Shown: positions 1 through 13,899 of the stretch, piece after piece
How positions within the stretch are numbered: the first letter of the stretch is position 1
How the letters are laid out: each line of letters begins with the position of its first letter
Assembly (NCBI GenBank): GCA_951406725.2
Contig: OX597814.1
Span: 54,436,001-54,500,000 of the forward strand
Length of the DNA: 64,000 nt
Direction: 5' to 3'
Origin: Octopus vulgaris
Taxonomy: Eukaryota
Position numbers and translations under genes: made by a program
The notes under the pieces: generated by a model
Databases searched by the model: none
The model's input: only the letters and a program-made list of their open reading frames with translations
Told to the model about the DNA's origin: nothing

Positions 1-1305
1 TTTACATCCCCATAACTTAGTGGTTTGGCAAAAGAGACCAATAGAATAAGTACTAGGCTTACAAAGAATAAGTTCTGGGGTCAGTTTGCTCTACTAAAGG
101 CAGTGCTCCAGCATGGCCACAGTCACATGACTGAAACAAGTAAAAGAGTATCCTTTCCTGAAGGTTTATAAAATTACTCAACAGTTTAAATTAATGTATT
201 GTATTCAATGAACAGTAAAATCTCGTGATTTGAAATTTGTTTTTTAGTACTTTATACTGATAAAGAAGATTGAATTCTTTACAGATATTATATAGATTTG
301 TCATTAAAATTGCCAGCCTATACAATAGCATTCCTTTAACCATTACCTATCTAAAGCATTTTCCATAAGTCTGACCTAAACATCTATTTCAGTGAGTGAA
401 AAAAAATTGGAATTGTATGTCATGATGCATGCTTGCTGGGGAAGTATGTCCTGTGTATCACACAGGATACACAGGACAGGCAAAGGGTTAATTGCATATG
501 ATGAAGGTATGTGGTAGCTCAATCTAATTCTTGCAGTTTGGATCTTAAATCAGAGAATATAAGGGTAATAATTATGACATGATCATTGTTCTTAAATCTC
601 CATTTTGCTCCATGTTAAGTCATTGAGCTTCAAAGCTTGATCATATCTGTAATCAGAAAGGTTTTCTTATGACTATCTGTTTTTTTTTGTTTGTTTTGTG
701 TATCAGGAGCTATATTGTCAGGTGTGTACTTTTTTTTTTTTTACCCTAAGACATTTGAATGAGATTTGGCTGTTATTTCCTGCTGTCCAAGTAACTGTGT
801 AGAGTATTAATTAGACTTATTGACTTGTTTCCATCTGTAACCCTAAGTTCAACTTGACTGAGCAAACCTATGATCAGTCATTCCAGGCTAAGTGTACATG
901 GGGCAGGTTACATTGTCCAGTCTCACCTTTCTTTTTTAAGAGTAGTTTGAAGGTGATTTAGCTATTTCTAGTAATTTGAGTAACTACATGGATGCTTCAT
1001 CATTGCCTAATACCTATATAGGGTTTATTAATAGCGAAGAAATGAAAACATTTCCCAAGTTCATTTCGGGTGGATTTATTTAGTTAGAATTTAAATGCAA
1101 TAAGTTTTTTTTAGCATTCATGCTTCCATAGGACATACAGAGATCATTGAGGTGGATTTTCTATGACTAGATACCCTTCCTGTTACCAACCCTCACTTGT
1201 TTTCAAGGTAATATATCCTCCTGGCTGGGCATGTTTTCATGCAAGACAGAAAACAAAACCACTTGTCACTCATTTACAACTTACTGACGAGAAAACAAAT
1301 GTACA

Positions 1306-1348
<43 letters not shown>

Positions 1349-1364
1349 ATACACACACGCATGG

Positions 1365-2184
1365 GGGGTGGTTAGGGTTAAATTTGATCATTTTTTTTTT
1401 GTTATGTCTCTTTTTTCAGGAACAGCTTGAGGTAATCAGTGAACAGCCAGTGTTGGAGAGTGTAAAGATTAAAGTTGTAGTTGGGAAAAGTTAGATGACA
1501 TGCAGGACTAGAAGCCATCTGAATATTGGAAAAGAGTTACCTGTATTCTGATGATTCGCACCAGGTATCAAAATACTGACATTACAACTGCTGCTCTGTG
1601 AATGTTGTGAAGATTGTACGATGTGACATGGGCAGCTGCAGCAGAAACTATAAACCCATGGCCAGCAGGAAGGGACACAGTAGGCACTAGGTGTCTGCAT
1701 GCAAGAATTCACCTCAGAATCTTTGAAGAAGCTCAGTTCAGATGGCTATGCGAAGCTGCTGGAACCTGTGATCAATCTCTGCCTAGTGAGGGTTGCTACT
1801 GGAAGGCCATATGTGTAGCAGCAGGATTTGGTTTCTTGTTATACCTCTGGAGAGTCAGAAGTGGTTGTCAGAGAATTTCTACAACTTTATCAGCCTCAAT
1901 TTCTGGTTTCCTAATTCCCACCAATTGTAATCATATGGATTACTATGTGTAGGACGCAGTTGAGAAATACCAACTACTTTTCTTGCAACATCAAGGAGGT
2001 GTTTGAAGATCTTTCCAGGGACACAGTGAAGAATGCATGTGTCTGGTTCTGAAGCCATCTTGAGGCTATGGTGGAAGCTGAGTGTGACCACTTGGAGTAA
2101 ACTGTCATCTCCCAGCCAAAATCTAGTTGATATATTTGTAAAATGCTTTTATGCAAACTGTCAAATTTAACTTAAACACCTTGG
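1365..2184 (+). mobile_element. Decayed Tc1/mariner-superfamily (DD37D/maT-like) DNA transposon
   Basis: Frameshifted transposase pieces (QQDLVSCYTSGESQKWLSENFYNF..FWFPNS..CNHMDYYV). Degenerate TIRs gggtggttagggttaaatttga / tcaaatttaacttaaacaccttg. Confidence 0.7.
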
Positions 2185-2619
2185 TTTTGGTTTAAGTTTT
2201 TCATCAGAAAATGAAAGTATGCTTTGTTCACCTTGTTAAGTAACTGCCTGGCTCGGATCAGTCTTTCTGTGTCATTGCAGACATGAAATGGACTCTCTTC
2301 AATGCATCAGATGTTCTCATTCACCACAGTTCTAATAGTCCACTCTGACACCTGAAGTTCTTTGGTGATGGCTATCATTGATTTTTGGCAATATCCTTGT
2401 TTGAATATTTAGAATGTTTTTTTTTTTCTCTCTTTGATACAATTGAAACATTCCCATCTGAATTTTATATACAAAAGACCTTGCAACATTTAGAGATTGG
2501 CAATTTCAATAATCACTATGCTCTGTACATGACATTAACTGCATGTCTTTTCACTTGCGTAAGTAATTTATCTATCAAGTGGGGTCTGAAAGAAAAAACC
2601 TTCTGTTACAACTGCCCAA

Positions 2620-3725
2620 TATTGGAATCTGTGGCAAACTGCTGGACTAGATTAACTATTTTCTGGTGATCAGAACCCAACATGTGATCACTGGAGTCCA
2701 TTCAAGCCGAGCAAAAGTCACTAGTGATGTTCCCCAAGGACTGTATTGGATCCACTTTCTTCATAGTTTGTATAAATGACATTTCAAATATCATCAAACA
2801 CAGCAAAATAAAAATGTTTGCAGATGACTCCAAGCTTCAAAAACTTACCAATGGAGATGACCAAGCAAAATCCCAGTCTAATCTGCATGCTGTAAGTCAA
2901 TGGGCAGACAGAAGCAGCATGCTTATTAATGATGGGAAATTTGAACTCATGCACTTAAAACAACCATACTCTCTTCCTTCAGGAAAATCACTTGTGGCAT
3001 CCAATAATAATACAGACTTAGGAATAACTGTTGACAATCTCACATCAGCAATAAGGTTGATATGGCTTACAAGGGGAGCTCCTTGGTCCTCGGAATTTTC
3101 CAGACCAGAGAACCAGATGTCATCATTTCCCTTCCCTTTTTTCCTCCTTTGTACAGCCATACCTTGAATACCGCTGCTCCCTGTGGTCTCCCCATACCAA
3201 ACTAAATATGTGAATTGAGACACAACAGTAAGCAATAAGAAAATAAATAAATGGCATGACAGATCTTCATTATCGGAACCAGCTTAAAACTTTGAAATTA
3301 TTATCTCCAGTGCAGTCATGAGTGCTACATCATTTGTACCATGTGAAGAATATACCACTGTCGTTGCCCAAATGATTAACATCAAGTTCACAATTCACTC
3401 TAGGTTGGGACCCTGTGCCTTGCACTTCTTACATGATTCAGGCTCGTGACATAACTACATTGCAGTACAATCATTTTACCTTTAGAGGTCCTGCTCTATT
3501 TAATGTTATCACAAAATAAACCAAAGAAAAAGATCCTATAATCATTAAGCAATATCTGGATAAATTATGTCAGAGATACTAAACAAACCAAAGTACCTGG
3601 ATACATTTCAGTTAACAGCTTACTTGAATGGGCAATGATACTACAAATCTTGACTTAAAAGTGATATAACAGATTCTATCAGGTGGTGTTATTAAGTTAG
3701 GCATGGCTTGAAACATATCTAAGTC
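2620..3725 (+). mobile_element. CR1/L2-clade LINE 3' fragment (reverse transcriptase pseudogene)
   Basis: FIVCINDISNIIKHSKIKMFADDSKL (YADD-type RT motif) and downstream LEYRCSLWSP-like segment; frameshifted. Confidence 0.85.
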
Positions 3726-4409
3726 TAGATATATGTATCTGTCTGTATGTATGTATGCATGTCATCATTTAATGTTGTCTTCCATGCTGGCATGGGTTGT
3801 ACTGCCCTCCCTGATGCCAATAACTTTACAGAGTTTATTGGGTAATATTTTCATGACAATGGCATTAGAAAGGTTGTCGAGTATCTTGCAAGACAAAGAA
3901 AAGAACCTTGACAGAGTTGGGTTGCAGAAGAGAGGAAGGTGGAATATAGATATATTTATTCATATATGTGTGGGATTCAGTGGGACTGAACCTTAAAACC
4001 ATGTGGTTGGGAAGCATGCTTCTTAAACTCAGTGCCTGTAAAGTGTGTGTGTGTTGGATTATTTTATTTATCATTTCTTTCTTATTTTAAAATATTTGAA
4101 AATATACTGCCTGTAATTTTTTTTTTATGAAGCAGTTTCAGTAAATATATTTAACATACCCAGTAAATATGTAATAAAGATTTTGTATTTTAATTCATTC
4201 AAGGTGACATCATTTGATTTTGGGGAAATTGAACAACAAATATATCCAATACTGAAAAATTAAACTTAGAAAATCCCTAAATTTTCAAGCCTAAATTATC
4301 TGAGCATTGCTCAAAGTGGTTTCTGAAGAAATTCACCTTCACTGAAAGACAGGGGTCAGTTGAAATGTAAATATTTGAACAATTTTATTTCTTTAAAATG
4401 AATATAATT

Positions 4410-4667
4410 TAAATTTTAGTTGTAGCCACATTTCATATGTGTATGTGTACACAATATCTTTACACCTATTAAGCATGCAAGATATATACTCAGTTTCTCA
4501 CATTCTTCTGGCTATCACATTTATGCTTTAACATAGTTGAATGTAAAGGCAGTAGCCAGAATGCAGATGTGAAGTATTGTATCTTGCACACCTTATAGGT
4601 GTACACATATGACATATGGCTCCAAATGAAACCAATCTGAATGTCAGATTCTAACTACTAAAATTTA
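4410..4667. mobile_element. Degenerate palindromic MITE
   Basis: Nested inverted segments: taaattttagt/actaaaattta, acacctat..tgcaagata/tatcttgca..ataggtgt, ttctggcta/tagccagaa. Confidence 0.55.
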
Positions 4668-5354
4668 TTGTTTTTCTGTAGACTTTTTTTTTAATGATGC
4701 TGCAATATTTTGCTCTTGTTGGACCAGCCTTACCAGCTCCTTTTTATTGTAAAAATTGAAGTTGAGTGAAACCTTAAGTATCTTTGTTGAAACCCCTTTT
4801 TAGATGTTCAGAGTCGTGAACAATAAGATACTCAAAAAATACAATAAAAAGGAAATTTTAAATATTTTTATTAAGTGGTGACACTGAATGAATATTTTAC
4901 TTCCTTAATGCCTTATTGCATATATTCTGAAAAGGGTCAAGCCAATTATTATTTTTTAAATAGAATAATGAAGTTTGATATTTTATGAATTGATTTTATG
5001 TCTTTTATAAATATTAAAAAAGATTTTGATTTCAATATATAAAAATGTGATTCTTTATCCTAATTAACCATTAACCTCTTCAAGACCTATGCCTTTTTTT
5101 TTTTTTTTACTAATCAAGGATTTGAAGGGATTCAGTAAAATGACTCATTGGTTGTATAACAAAATGATTTTTATACAAAATTATGATTGAAGATTTTGAT
5201 TTAAATATGAATAATTTTCAATGAGTAGTTTTTTTTCATAAAGCTAAGGTTAGTCTCAGGAAGGTTGGTAACGAAAGGGTTAAAGATGAAATTGTAGAAT
5301 ACCAGTTTGACATGTTTTTATATTGGGACCAATATCACACACACACACACACAT

Positions 5355-6290
5355 AGGTGCAGGTGTGACTGTGTAGAAAGAAGTTTCTACCAACCACATG
5401 GTCTCAGGTTCAGTCCCAGTGTGTGGTACTCTGGGCAAGTGTCATCAACTATAGCCTTGGGCTGATCAAAACCTTGTGAGTGGATTTGGTTGATAGAAAC
5501 TGAAAAAAGCCTGTTGTATGTATATGTGTGTGTCTTTGTGTCTGTGTTTGTCCTCCACCACAGCTTGACATCTAGTGTTGGTGTGTTTACATCCCCATAA
5601 CTTAGCAATTCAGCAAAAGAAACCAATAGAAAAGTACCAAGTTTAAATAGAAGATAAATACTGGGGTTGATTAGTTCGACTAAAATTCCTCAAGGTGATG
5701 CCCTAGCATGGCCGCAGTCTAATGAATGAAACAAGATATATATATATATTCTCAGGGCTTAACTATAATCATTCAGCTGCTGATAATGAATTTAATAAAG
5801 CTGAAATTGCATTTTAAAAAAAATCAAGCTTTTTGATTTTATACCAGAATCTTGTAACTGCATACTTCTGTTATCTCTTATCTTTTACTTGTTTCAATCA
5901 TTGGATAGCAGCCATACTGGAGCATTGCCCTGAAGAGTTTTTGTCAAAATTCATCACCCCTAGTACTTATATATATATATTTTAAGTCTAGTACTTATTC
6001 TATCAGTCACTTCTGTGAAACTGCTAAGTTACAAGTATGTAAGCAAACTAACAATGGTAGTCAAACGATGGCAGGAATGACAACCACAGTCATAAAAACA
6101 CATGCAAAGACAAGCATGCATGTATGTACATGTGTGTATATATATACACACACATATATCTGTATATATACCCCACACACACATACACTCAATGGGCTTA
6201 TGTGTACACAGTTTCCATTAACCAAATTCATTCCCAAGACATTGGTTGGCCAAGGGATATAGTAAAAGACATTGGCTTAAGGTTCCACAC
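5355..6290. mobile_element. Two oppositely oriented tRNA-derived SINEs
   Basis: Head ggttcagtccc (B-box-like), internal (TG)n and tail gaaacaag; the same family recurs at 1-150, 7855-8060, 13400-13590, 15200-15890 and 27160-27960. Confidence 0.75.
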
Positions 6291-6767
6291 CGTTACAAAG
6301 TGAGCTATTTGATGAATAATATTCAACATTTCAATATGGCTTTGATGAAATCAAACAATCAGACAAAATAGTTGATTTTTTCATTAGATATCTGAAAAAT
6401 ATCTTTCACTCAGCAACATTTAAAACTTACATTGGAATGCTTCCTTTATTTTAACTATTTAAGTAGACACTAGTGTAGAACTGAGCTCACAGTAATAACT
6501 TTAATTTGTCATAACATTATAACATAGATGCTAACAATTAAACGCCTAAGATACTTTATTCCTATCCACACTGATACTATGGTATGGCTATCCTTTATAC
6601 CTTAAAGTATCAGAAGTATCTTGTGTCTTGATCTGTTAACTGTTACAAAAAGGAATTGTTATTAGTTTGTACACACACACACACACACAATGGCTATTTA
6701 AATTTGATGAGGTGTGTAAAACTTTGTCTGTACACATTGAGACAATCTCTTTATCTTGTCTTTTCCT

Positions 6768-7010
6768 TTAGTCTTGAATAATAAACTCTAGGTCAGAAAA
6801 CTGACGCAAGTGAAACTGTGTCATCTGGTAGTTGATCATGGTACGAATAGCAAAATAACCTGAAAACATTTCGGTCAGAACAAACCCAAACATGACTATA
6901 TGAACAGCTATTTCAAGAGGAAATTTCTGGCCTTCATTGAACAGCAGAAATATAATTAGAGGGAACTGCATCAGTAATGTCAAAAGCCAAGATCCAGCAA
7001 GCTCAGGTAC
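6768..7010 (-). CDS. TMEM17: TMEM17 coding exon 4 (terminal)
   Basis: Acceptor ctttttgcag|, VPELAGSWLL...FIIQD then TAA; minus-strand AATAAA near 6555-6560. Confidence 0.95.
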   Translation of the reverse strand, partial: VPELAGSWLLTLLMQFPLIIFLLFNEGQKFPLEIAVHIVMFGFVLTEMFSGYFAIRTMINYQMTQFHLRQFSDLEFIIQD

Positions 7011-10000
7011 CTGCAAAAAGATAAATAAATATTAAATACTAAATAAAACCCTTTGCTAATTGTGCATGTATAGTTTTAGCTCCCGTAAAAATATGTTGCT
7101 TCTAATGTAAATCAAAAGTATGTACATGTCATTGCCATATCATTAATTATTACTTCACTTATTTAAGAAAGTACATGGTTAGTAAAGATAATTAAAATTA
7201 AACTGAATATTAGAGTATATACTTTATTATTTTTCAGTTCAGTATGAGTTAAAATTTTGATAGGAAGTCAGTAAGCATTAGTAATACAATAGGATTAATT
7301 TGACTGACTACAGCACTTCCACAATAGAAACTATTGTTCCTGTACATAGTGAAGTGTAATTCTATATCTCATATATTTCCTTATACTATTGGAATCTATA
7401 CAGAATTTCATGAGTCCAAAATGCCCTGGGGTTCTAAAGAGGAGAGAGCAAGTTCAGAGGGGTGCAGTTATGACTTGGAAGGATTAGGTCCCATATCAGC
7501 CTTTTGATCAAACAAATCTATGATCAATGGTATTTCATCCTTGATCATCCCTCCTTTTTTAGATATCAGACTACATTATTCAATATTTTCTTTTTAATGA
7601 TGGTTGGGTATGACCTGAAGGAGATTTGGCTGTTATTTCTTATAGGTTGAGTAACTATATGGGGGCTCCCATGACAAGTAGAGTGGCTAGTGTATGTTTT
7701 GATAGTGGAGGTGTACAGATTGTGGTAGTGATAGAAAAGACACTGTGACAATAGGATTTGTTGAAAGTGAAGTTATGATGGTCATATGGAAGGTTTTTTT
7801 TAAGGAACCATAGTCTACAGAAGGTTCAATTTCCACTTTATTTTGATTAGCTTTGAGGCAGCTTTTGATTATTACTTATTCTATTGGTCTCTTTTTGCCT
7901 AACCACTAAGTTACAAGGACATAAGCACATCAACACTGGTTGTCAAGTGGTGGTGGGGGACAGACACAGACAGACACACACACACATATGTATGTATGAT
8001 GGGCTTCTTTCAGTTTCTATCTACCAAATACACTCACAAGGCTTTGGTCAGTCCAACATTGACAATGACAAAATTGCTTGGTAATGATGTGTGTTGTTTA
8101 CAGTTTAATAACTTCATCTTATATAGACTCTTTTACTCGGTCTCTGTAATTATTCTCATGCCACTAAGGTTTCCCTCTATCGAGAACTAAGTAAAAGACA
8201 AATTGAAAAAAGAGAAAACAAAACAACAAGGAGTCCTCAGAACCACTGTTGTTGTTGCTGTAGTGATTACATACTCTTTCCATTAAGTTTCCAATGTAAC
8301 CCAAATAAAGCCGGATAATCTCAATAATACCAAACATGACGTAAGCAGCAACAAGGAGGATCTTGTAGACAATACTGAGTTTGGAAAACTGGAAATAGGA
8401 AAACAAATGATTAAGAACAATCTGCGCTTGGGCAGCAAAATCAACCCCCATAATGCATAAATTATCAATATGCAGAAAAAATTATTACCAAGTCAAAAAC
8501 ATGACTGAAAATGTTGTAACAATTGCTAGGTGTTATAATTATTTGTATGCACTGATGTCGTCTGAATGTAAAGAAATCTTTAGAGCTCGTCTTAATTTTC
8601 AATTTTGCCATTGTCTTCCCATAAAAGTTTAGTCTTTTTTTGAAGTGCCAAGTAAGAATTAACAAGAAATTTAAAGGAATGATATGTTATACCAAATACC
8701 TTCTGAAATTGAGAAATAATATAAACAAGTTGATTCATTTAATTTCATTATTTCAATTGAGAAAGTTATCCTCAGACTGAAGACCTACTCCAAAAATTTG
8801 CAAAAGAGGGCACCCAAGAGACAGGTAGTTGTGTTTAAATTAGGCACACTAACACTGAAAGCCACAATTTCCCAATTTCCTCCTTACTCTCTAAACTAAT
8901 AAATGCTAATGCTTCTTTATATTTTATTATAACAGAAATCACTATTAAGGCGATTGGTAGCAGAATCATCAGAACATTGGACAAAATGATTTCTGGATAC
9001 ATTTGGCTGTTTAGGGAGTCCAAGCATCATTTAGATACTAGAGTTGATATAATTGATCATTATCATCTCCTAAATTTCTGATTTTATGTCTATATAAGAA
9101 ATTATTATTATTGTTATTAATAATAATAAGGTGGTGAGCTGCAGAATCGTTAGTATGCTGGGTGAAATGCTTAGCAGCTTTTCGTTTGTCTGCACATTCT
9201 GAGTTCAAATTCTGCTGAGGTCGACTTTACCTTTCATTTTTTCAGGGTTGATAAATTAAGTACCAGTTGAGTACTGGGGTTGATGTAATCAACTTACCTC
9301 CTCCTCCAAAATTTCAGGCCTTGTGCCTATAGTAGGAAGGATTATATTATATTATATTATGTTAATGTATATATGCATCGCATGACCAAACCAGTGCAGC
9401 CTTCTTTCTTTTATACTGCATCTAATCCCACTTATACCTAACTTTTCTCTCAATACTCTAGCACTCTGTTGCACTAACTTTACATTAACATTATATTATT
9501 TTAAAAGAATTGATGTAACTCTTGACAAATGTAAATAGACAATACAGAGAGCATGATGTGATGGCAATAGATATTCTATTGCAATCGCATCACACTCTTT
9601 GTATTGTTTATTATTATTATTATTTGGCACACTCGACAAAATGCTTAGCAGCATGTTGTCTGTCTATGTTCTAAGTTCAAATTCTGCTGAGATTGACTTT
9701 GCCTTTTATCCTTTCAGGGTCGATGAAATACAAACCAGTTGAGTACTGGGGCTGATGTAATCAATTACACCACCCCAAAATTTGCAGTCTTATACTCATG
9801 TTAGCAACTGTATAATTAGTATAATTATTTATGCACCCACATGATACTAAAAAACTGGGGGAGGGAGTTAGGGTTAGGGTTTTTTTACTTCCAATGTATT
9901 TTTATAGTATAGTATAAAAAAAAAAAACTCTACAACTCTTCTAGCAACAACAAAACCCATAAGCTTTGCCAGCCTTTTACTCTGTCACATGCTGTGATCA

Positions 10001-12480
10001 CCATTCAAAGAGATCTAACTCTTTCTGATTCTGAGTCACTTTAGTACAGTTAGTTCTATTGCTTGTTTCCAAATGTTAGTGAACAAGTGCTCCAGTGACT
10101 TGGATCCTTTCATTATAACAAAACAGTACTACATTCCCCTGTTGAAATTTGACACTTTCTGGAAACTCCACTGCTGGGATAATATTACCATCAAACCTAC
10201 AAACAAAAGTGGTGCTCTGATGTCTGACACATCAATTTTTGTCAATGAAAAAGCAGCACTCTACTAGCTTGAGAATGTACTCTTCAACTGGAAATTAACC
10301 AAAGATTTAATCAAAAGCAAATACTGTCACAGTTCAAGAATTAATTTCTTTGAATCTACTTTAACTTTTGCCATTAATCTCATCATAATTCTATCCCATC
10401 AAATTTCTACTACATAATTCTCCATATCCATAAATCCAACAATCTCTATCACTCTTAACATCTCTATTTGTAATTGTCTCACTGAGACTCACTCCAGTTA
10501 CTTCAATAAACTGCTATCACTCTTTGCTCTGCCTAACCATACCACAGTAAGCATGTCCTATACCTCTTTTTCTTATTCCATCCTGGACCCACATAACCTC
10601 TTTTCACCATGGATATCCTTGTACATCAGTGGTTTTCAACCAATTTTATCTACGGACTCCTTTGATTACTATTTTATTCTGGTGGTCCTCCATAGCCATT
10701 TGATGTTTAAATTCACTTCCATCAGTATTCTAGATATTCCTGTTATTACTGTTTCTTGTCATAAATACATCCAAAGTAACACTTTTTTCATGGACTCTTA
10801 AAACATTACTGTGGATTCCCAATTTATCATTTTGCTTGCATGGACTCCATAAGTTACTAGTGTAGGTTGAACTATGTATACATTCACACACAAGTGTATA
10901 TCATCATTATCCTTTAATATCTGTTTTCCATGCTGACATGGGTTTGATGGTTTGACAGGATCCAGCAAGCTGCAGGGTTGTGCCAAATTCTAGTGTCAGT
11001 TTTGGTATGGTTTCTGTGGCTGGATTGCATTCCTAATGCCAACTACATTACAGTGTGTACTGAGTGCTGTTTTTTTTTTCCATGCCACCAGCCCTAGTGA
11101 GGTTGCTAAGTAACTTGTAAGACAAAAAGAACAGCGAAAAAGGAAAAGGAAAAACTCTTCCTATTGAGTGGGTGGTGTGAGTATTTGAGAGGGTAGGGTG
11201 GCTTTATATCGGGTGTTGATAGAAAGGACATGCACAGATGTCTTGCTATAAAGGAGATACATGGCTACCCCACATTTTATAGGGGTGGGTAGGAATAATA
11301 GAGAGGGAGATAAAAGAAAGTAGTGATGCAGAGCCAGAGCAAACTCTCAAGATACAAGAAGGTGAGCATACGAGAGGTTAAGGACAGTGGGACATAGGAG
11401 GGGCAGAGAGAGTGGATACTTTCATAAGTGTGTGAAAGGAGAGTAACAGATGGTTAGAGAGGGGGTGGGGAATAGAGATGAATGTAGTAAGTGAGGAACA
11501 AAGGTGGATGTGATGTTGATGGGAAATATCAGTAGGGATAGATGCAATGTGGGAGAGATGGAAGTGGCTCAATAAAGATAGATCTGAAGGTATGGAGCTG
11601 AGATGAAGAAGTGGTGTGAAGGGAGATATAGGGTACAGAAGGGTGGTTAGAGAGAGCAGGGTGTGATGACAGATATGGGAGGGTGCTGAGAAAGATAGTA
11701 AGTGTGTGAGATGTTAAAATGAGTATGGTAGAGGAGATAACTATAGGCACAGGTAGGAGGTGACTGGAAAACATAGTGAGTGATGAAGCAAGGATAATGG
11801 GAATAAGGGATGGAAGTGGCTCCAGCAAAGAGGCTGTAACTGGTGTTGCAAAAAAAGGGGGAGGAATAACACATGCCAATACCTGCCTCAAGTGATTACA
11901 GCCACCAAATAGTGCCATGGATAGAGGAGTGATGGAGAGCTGGATGTTAGGGAATGAAATGTGGGACAGAATGGATTACAAACAATCAGAATGCTTTTAG
12001 GATATCAGTTTGCTGTTGTGGGTAGGTATTCTCAAAAACAGCACAACACCCATCATCTTGGTCCTATGTCATCTCTTCTGTAAGGCTCAGCATCTTTAGA
12101 TCAGCCTGCACTGCATCATCCCATGTCTTCCTAGGACTCCCTCTTCCACAATTTCCATCTGCTTTAAGCAACCAGTACTTCTTTATGCAGCTATCCTCAT
12201 CCATATGCATCGCATGACCAAACCAGTGCAGCCTTCTTTCTTTTATACTGCATCTAATCCCACTTATACCTAACTTTTCTCTCAATACTCTAGCACTCTG
12301 TTGCACTAACTTTACATTAACATTACATCCAGAGGAGCATACAAGCTTCATTCCTTCTAGTCTTCCCATGTCCTCTGCATTCAGGGTCCATGTCTTACTA
12401 CCATGTAGCATTACAGTCTAATTTACCTTTCATTCAGAGAGAGACCTTTTGTTGCTAACAGAGGTAGACAACAGCTTTTT

Positions 12481-12516
<36 letters not shown>

Positions 12517-13599
12517 CCAAGGAAGTTAGGGGTCGTGAATCCAACCCACTAAGGGATAATATCTATCCAATATACTGTTGGCATAGAATAATATGCTATA
12601 TGTATGTTGTTATAATTATCAGTTTAATAAATAAATAAGTTAACATTTTTAATCTAAAGTTGATGAACCAACTATTGTTCTCCTCCATTTTTTTATTTGC
12701 AATATATATATACACACATACATACATGCTAGCTATTAGAAATCTATAATCAACATTAACTAAGCTATTTTTCACAAAATGCATGGTAATTTATGTCTCA
12801 ATATACATATATCTATCTGTCTAGATGGAGAGATAAACTTTTATATTTATTTCAAAGGGAGGAGGGATTGACCCCAGTACTTCATGGTACTTTATTTTAT
12901 CAACCCTAAAATGATGAAAGCCAACACTGACTTCATTGGCGTTTGAAATCAGAACAAAAAAAGAATCAGAAGAAATACCGCAACACATTTCCCCCCAATG
13001 TTCCAATGCAATGATTCAGCCAATCTGATGCTTTCATGCATATGTATGTATATATATTCATTAATCTATAATAATATATAATGTATAAATGTTTATTAAT
13101 ATGCATTCTAAACTCCTCTTTAATATTTAATTATAGAAAAAAATTTCAGTAATTCTTGTTTATTTTCCTCAGGAACATTTGGCAAAAAATGTACAATGCT
13201 GAGAACAATACCTACCTTGAAAGCAAGAGCAGCAATAGCAGAAACAAGCCAAAATGGGAAGAACCAGACGTTGAAGTACAGTTCCATCTGGAAAGGTAAG
13301 CTGGTTACGTATTCATGACCTGAGAGAAAAAATGTAAACATCTCTATGGTTGCACACACAGATATGTATGTATGTGTGTGTGTGTGTATGCATGCATGTT
13401 ACATTTTTCAGTCCTTGGACTGCAGCCCTGTTGGAGCACTTTGAAGGGTTTAGTCAAACAAATCAATCTCAGTACTTACTTTTTAAGCCTGGTGCTTATC
13501 CTATCAGTTTCTTTTGCCAAACTACTATGTTATAGTGACATAAACAAACCAATACTAGTTGTCAAGCAGGGACAAACACATACACAAAGCACCCTGCCC

Positions 13600-13637
<38 letters not shown>

Positions 13638-13825
13638 GTTAAAGAGGACAACAAACATGAAACGTTTGTTGTCCTCTTTAACAATTATATATCTGCTATA
13701 TCAGAAGTCTACAATGGCTCCATGACTACCGTCTTGGCTACAACCTTGGAGCCCTAGTAATCTGTTACAGCACTTACCTAGCACACCTAATCTTCTAGAT
13801 AACTTGTGAACTAAACCCCACACTT

Positions 13826-13899
<74 letters not shown>

